From positions 211,944-275,943 of the forward strand of contig JALEFY010000037.1 in the NCBI GenBank assembly GCA_022760435.1: a stretch of 64,000 bases of DNA, in the 5' to 3' direction. The position numbers and the translations under genes are program-made. Under the pieces are notes generated by a model. That model saw only the letters and a list, made by a program, of their open reading frames with translations. It ran no database searches and was not told where the DNA came from. Positions 61,508-64,000 of the stretch are shown one piece after another (position 1 is the first letter of the stretch; every line of letters begins with the position of its first letter). The stretch comes from Neomegalonema sp. (GTDB lineage: Bacteria; Pseudomonadota; Alphaproteobacteria; Rhodobacterales; Rhodobacteraceae).

Positions 61508-62326
61508 TCAGCGAAACACGGGCGCGCGCTTTTCGAGAAAGGCGCGCAGCCCCTCTTCGGCATCGGGCGAGGTCTGGGTGAGCGCGGCGCACAGGCTCTC
61601 GGCGAACAGCCCTTCGGAGCGCGGCATCTCCCCGATCCGCTTGAGCGCCTGCACCATCACGTAGTTGGAGAGCGGCGCATTGTCGGCGACCTTCTCGGCC
61701 AGTTCGCGCGCCAGGGGCAGGGCCTCGCCTTCGCCGACGCTGTAATGGGTGAGCCCGAGGGCCAGCCCCTCATCCGCCCCGTATTTGCGGCCCGTGAGCA
61801 TCATCTCGAGCATCCGATCGGCGCCAAGGATGCGCCCGACATGCACGCTCGCCCCGCCGCCGACAAAGATCCCGCGCCGCCCCTCGGGAAGCTGGAAGAT
61901 CACGCTCGGCTCGGCGATGCGCACATGGGTGCAGGCGGCAAGCTCGAGCCCGCCGCCGATCACCGCCCCGGTCATCGCCGAGATCGTGATCAGCCCGCCG
62001 AACTGCACTTGCTCAACCACCGCATGCCAGCCGCGCGAATGGCGCATGGTGCCTTCGGCGTCGCGTGCGACATGCTCGGACAGATCGAGGCCCGAGCAAT
62101 AATGCCCGCCCTCGCCGGAGAGGATCACCACCCGCACACCCTCGGGCGGACGGGCATAAAATTCGGCGATCTCGCCCAGCAGCCCGTCGCACATCGCATT
62201 GCGCTTGTGGGGGCGGTTCATGGTCAGCTCGGCGATGCGGCCGCGATAGGAGACATCGAGATAGTCGCCCTTCTTGGTGATCGTCTCGGACGCCAGTTGC
62301 TCGGAACTCATCCTTCCCTCCATCAT
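61508..62326 (-). CDS. enoyl-CoA hydratase (crotonase family)
   Basis: 272 aa with the GEGGHYCSGLDL oxyanion-hole motif. Confidence 0.85.
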   Translation of the reverse strand: MMEGRMSSEQLASETITKKGDYLDVSYRGRIAELTMNRPHKRNAMCDGLLGEIAEFYARPPEGVRVVILSGEGGHYCSGLDLSEHVARDAEGTMRHSRGWHAVVEQVQFGGLITISAMTGAVIGGGLELAACTHVRIAEPSVIFQLPEGRRGIFVGGGASVHVGRILGADRMLEMMLTGRKYGADEGLALGLTHYSVGEGEALPLARELAEKVADNAPLSNYVMVQALKRIGEMPRSEGLFAESLCAALTQTSPDAEEGLRAFLEKRAPVFR

Positions 62327-63087
62327 TTGGGCTGCATCCGCACCGCGCCATCGAGCCGGATGACGGTGCCGTTGAGCATCGGGTTTTCCACGATTGCCTG
62401 GGCAAGTCGCGCATATTCGTCGGGATCGCCAAGGCGCGAGGGGAACGGGATCGCGGCGCCAAGGCTCGCGCGGATCTCCTCGGGCAAGCCGGCGCTCATC
62501 GGGGTCTCGAACAGGCCCGGCGCGATCGACATCACCCGGATGCCAAACCGGGCGAGCTCGCGCGCCGCCGGCAGGGTCATCGAGGCAACGCCGCCCTTGG
62601 AGGCTGCATAGGCCGCCTGGCCGATCTGCCCGTCCTGCCAGGCGACCGAGGCGGTGGTGATGATCACTCCGCGCGCGCCATCGGCATCGAGCGGCTCCAG
62701 CGCCGCCATCGCCCGCGCCGCAATGGCGAGCACCACATAGGTGCCGATCAGATTGACCCGCAGCGTGCGCTCGAAAGTATCAAGGCCGAGGGAGCCATCC
62801 TTGGGCAGGATCCGCGCGCCGGTGCCGATCCCGGCGCAATGCACCACGATCCGCGGCGCGCCGATCTGCGCCTCGGCCGCGGCGAAGGCCGCCTCGAGCT
62901 GGGCAGTGTCGCTGACATCGGCGCTAAGCGCGATGCCGCCGATTTCCCGAGCAATGATCTCAGCATTATGCGCGTCGCGATCGAGCACGGCCACCCGTGC
63001 CCCAGCGGCCGCCAGCCGCCGCGCGGTCGCAGCACCCAAGCCGCCACCCGCCCCTGTCACCAGCGCTGAACAGTTTTCGATCAGCAT
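62323..63087 (-). CDS. SDR-family 3-hydroxyacyl-CoA dehydrogenase-like oxidoreductase
   Basis: TGAGGGLGAATA Rossmann motif and a YAASKGG active site. The start was chosen at MLIENCSALVTGAGGG. Confidence 0.85.
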   Translation of the reverse strand: MLIENCSALVTGAGGGLGAATARRLAAAGARVAVLDRDAHNAEIIAREIGGIALSADVSDTAQLEAAFAAAEAQIGAPRIVVHCAGIGTGARILPKDGSLGLDTFERTLRVNLIGTYVVLAIAARAMAALEPLDADGARGVIITTASVAWQDGQIGQAAYAASKGGVASMTLPAARELARFGIRVMSIAPGLFETPMSAGLPEEIRASLGAAIPFPSRLGDPDEYARLAQAIVENPMLNGTVIRLDGAVRMQPK

Positions 63088-63348
63088 TTTTTGTCGTTTC
63101 CTCCGATTGAGGAAACGGTGCCCGCAAAAAATTGTTCGGTCAACGAACAATTTCAATTCGCCACTAAATTTTGCGAAATATCATTCCAAAACACGAAAAA
63201 CCGGCATCCCGGATGCCGAAAAGCGCCCGCCGCAGTTTCGCAATCGCTGAAACCGGCGGCACGGATCTCTCATGCGTGGGGGAGCTTCGTCCCAGGCAGC
63301 AAGCTGGCGCAGATCCAGAGAACCGCACGCTCATCCCGTTTCATCGGG

Positions 63349-63786
63349 TTAACCAGTCGTCGCCTCGAGGCTCGGAAATCGCGCCAACAGCGCCGCGCGC
63401 ACTGGCATCGGGATCGGGATCTTGGCCATCGGCTCGGTGGTGGCGAAGACCGAAATCGTCCGCGCGGCAAAGCAGGCGCGCTGTGCCTGCGCCCCCTCGA
63501 CAAGCATGGTGATCGAGCTCTCCCCGATCCGCTCGGGCATCACCCGACATTCGAGCACGGTGCGCGGGGTGATCGGGGCGCTGAAATCAATCTCGAGGCG
63601 AACGAAAGGCATGCCGTAGCCGTGATCGACATTCATCTGGTACCAGCCCTGCCCCTCAAGCAGATCGTCCCAGAACGCATCCAGCGCCTCAAGCGCGAAA
63701 TCGGCGATGCGGCCTGTATAGGCGATGCGCGCGGGGTCGCAGTCACCAAAGCGGATCGGGCGCTGCCAGATAAAGGGATCGGTCAT
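63349..63786 (-). CDS. hot-dog-fold acyl-CoA thioesterase (4HBT/YbgC-like)
   Basis: About 145 aa with the motif FGDCDPARIAYTGRIADF. The start was chosen at MTDPFIWQ. Confidence 0.75.
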   Translation of the reverse strand: MTDPFIWQRPIRFGDCDPARIAYTGRIADFALEALDAFWDDLLEGQGWYQMNVDHGYGMPFVRLEIDFSAPITPRTVLECRVMPERIGESSITMLVEGAQAQRACFAARTISVFATTEPMAKIPIPMPVRAALLARFPSLEATTG

Positions 63787-63896
63787 CGGGGCCTCACACG
63801 GGGAAGAGCCTGCTTTGGGCGCGCCTTGCGCTCGGGGAGCCGCCGCCCGGAATGCACCCAACCTGGGTGCATCTGGCCGGGCGGCGGGCCGGATTA

Positions 63897-64000
63897 CAGC
63901 TTTTCGACCAGTTCCGGCACTGCCTCGAACAGGTCAGCGACGAGGCCGTAATCGGCGATCTGGAAGATCGGGGCTTCCTCGTCCTTGTTGATCGCGACGA
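63897..64000 (-). CDS. etfA: electron transfer flavoprotein alpha subunit, C-terminal fragment (gene continues beyond the window)
   Basis: Minus-strand translation ...[34 protein letters not shown] is the conserved EtfA C-terminus. Confidence 0.8.

Noticed and set aside
59327-62611. 410-aa and 588-aa plus-strand ORFs
   Set aside because: Antisense to the ligase, MarR and hydratase genes; Arg/Gly/Ala-rich low-complexity translations.

Overview
High-GC (~65%) alphaproteobacterial chromosomal segment, probably Sphingomonadales-like, and mostly core housekeeping plus catabolic DNA.

Genes in order:
- 1–4.7 kb: a partial AsmA-family gene, bcp, a DUF455 gene, and an overlapping M23-peptidase/bactofilin pair.
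- 4.8–13.8 kb: the conserved envelope/RNA block prfB, mrcA, amiC and rne with a long leader.
- 14–25.6 kb: an aminotransferase, an M48 protease, dsbA, accB-accC, aat, the DUF2155–MlaD–NDUFA12 trio, tgt, and a sufT-like/A-type carrier pair.
- 25.7–30.2 kb: a Liv-type ABC transporter.
- 30.3–35 kb: a LysR-controlled CoA-lyase / MaoC-hydratase / acyl-CoA dehydrogenase cluster.
- 35–43.4 kb: a tightly coupled nine-gene minus-strand operon of CoA-dependent enzymes. It encodes a CaiB-type CoA-transferase, an AMP-ligase, two MaoC dehydratases, a nitronate-monooxygenase-like flavoenzyme, a crotonase, a DUF35/SCPx-thiolase pair and an SDR.
- 43.5–47 kb: a lipoprotein gene and a TPP-riboswitch-controlled thiC.
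- 47.0–53.3 kb: a compositionally atypical, AT-richer island bounded by thiC and a tRNA-Asn.
- 53.5–64 kb: a TRAP transporter followed by a hydroxycinnamate-like beta-oxidative cluster, ending in a partial etfA.

The island is the most interesting region. It carries a KAP-family P-loop NTPase, a small membrane protein, and a PP2A-like metallophosphoesterase separated by 7 bp from (15 bp from the likely start of) a low-GC gene whose product has an Abi_C-like (abortive-infection-type) C-terminus. It also carries a TM-less SPFH/band-7 protein. I read this as a candidate, apparently unnamed, defence or stress module.

I found no CRISPR array, IS element, integrase or rRNA. Gene starts were refined by eye from the ORF track and are approximate. 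Any resemblance to a named family is from memory and needs an HMM or BLAST check.
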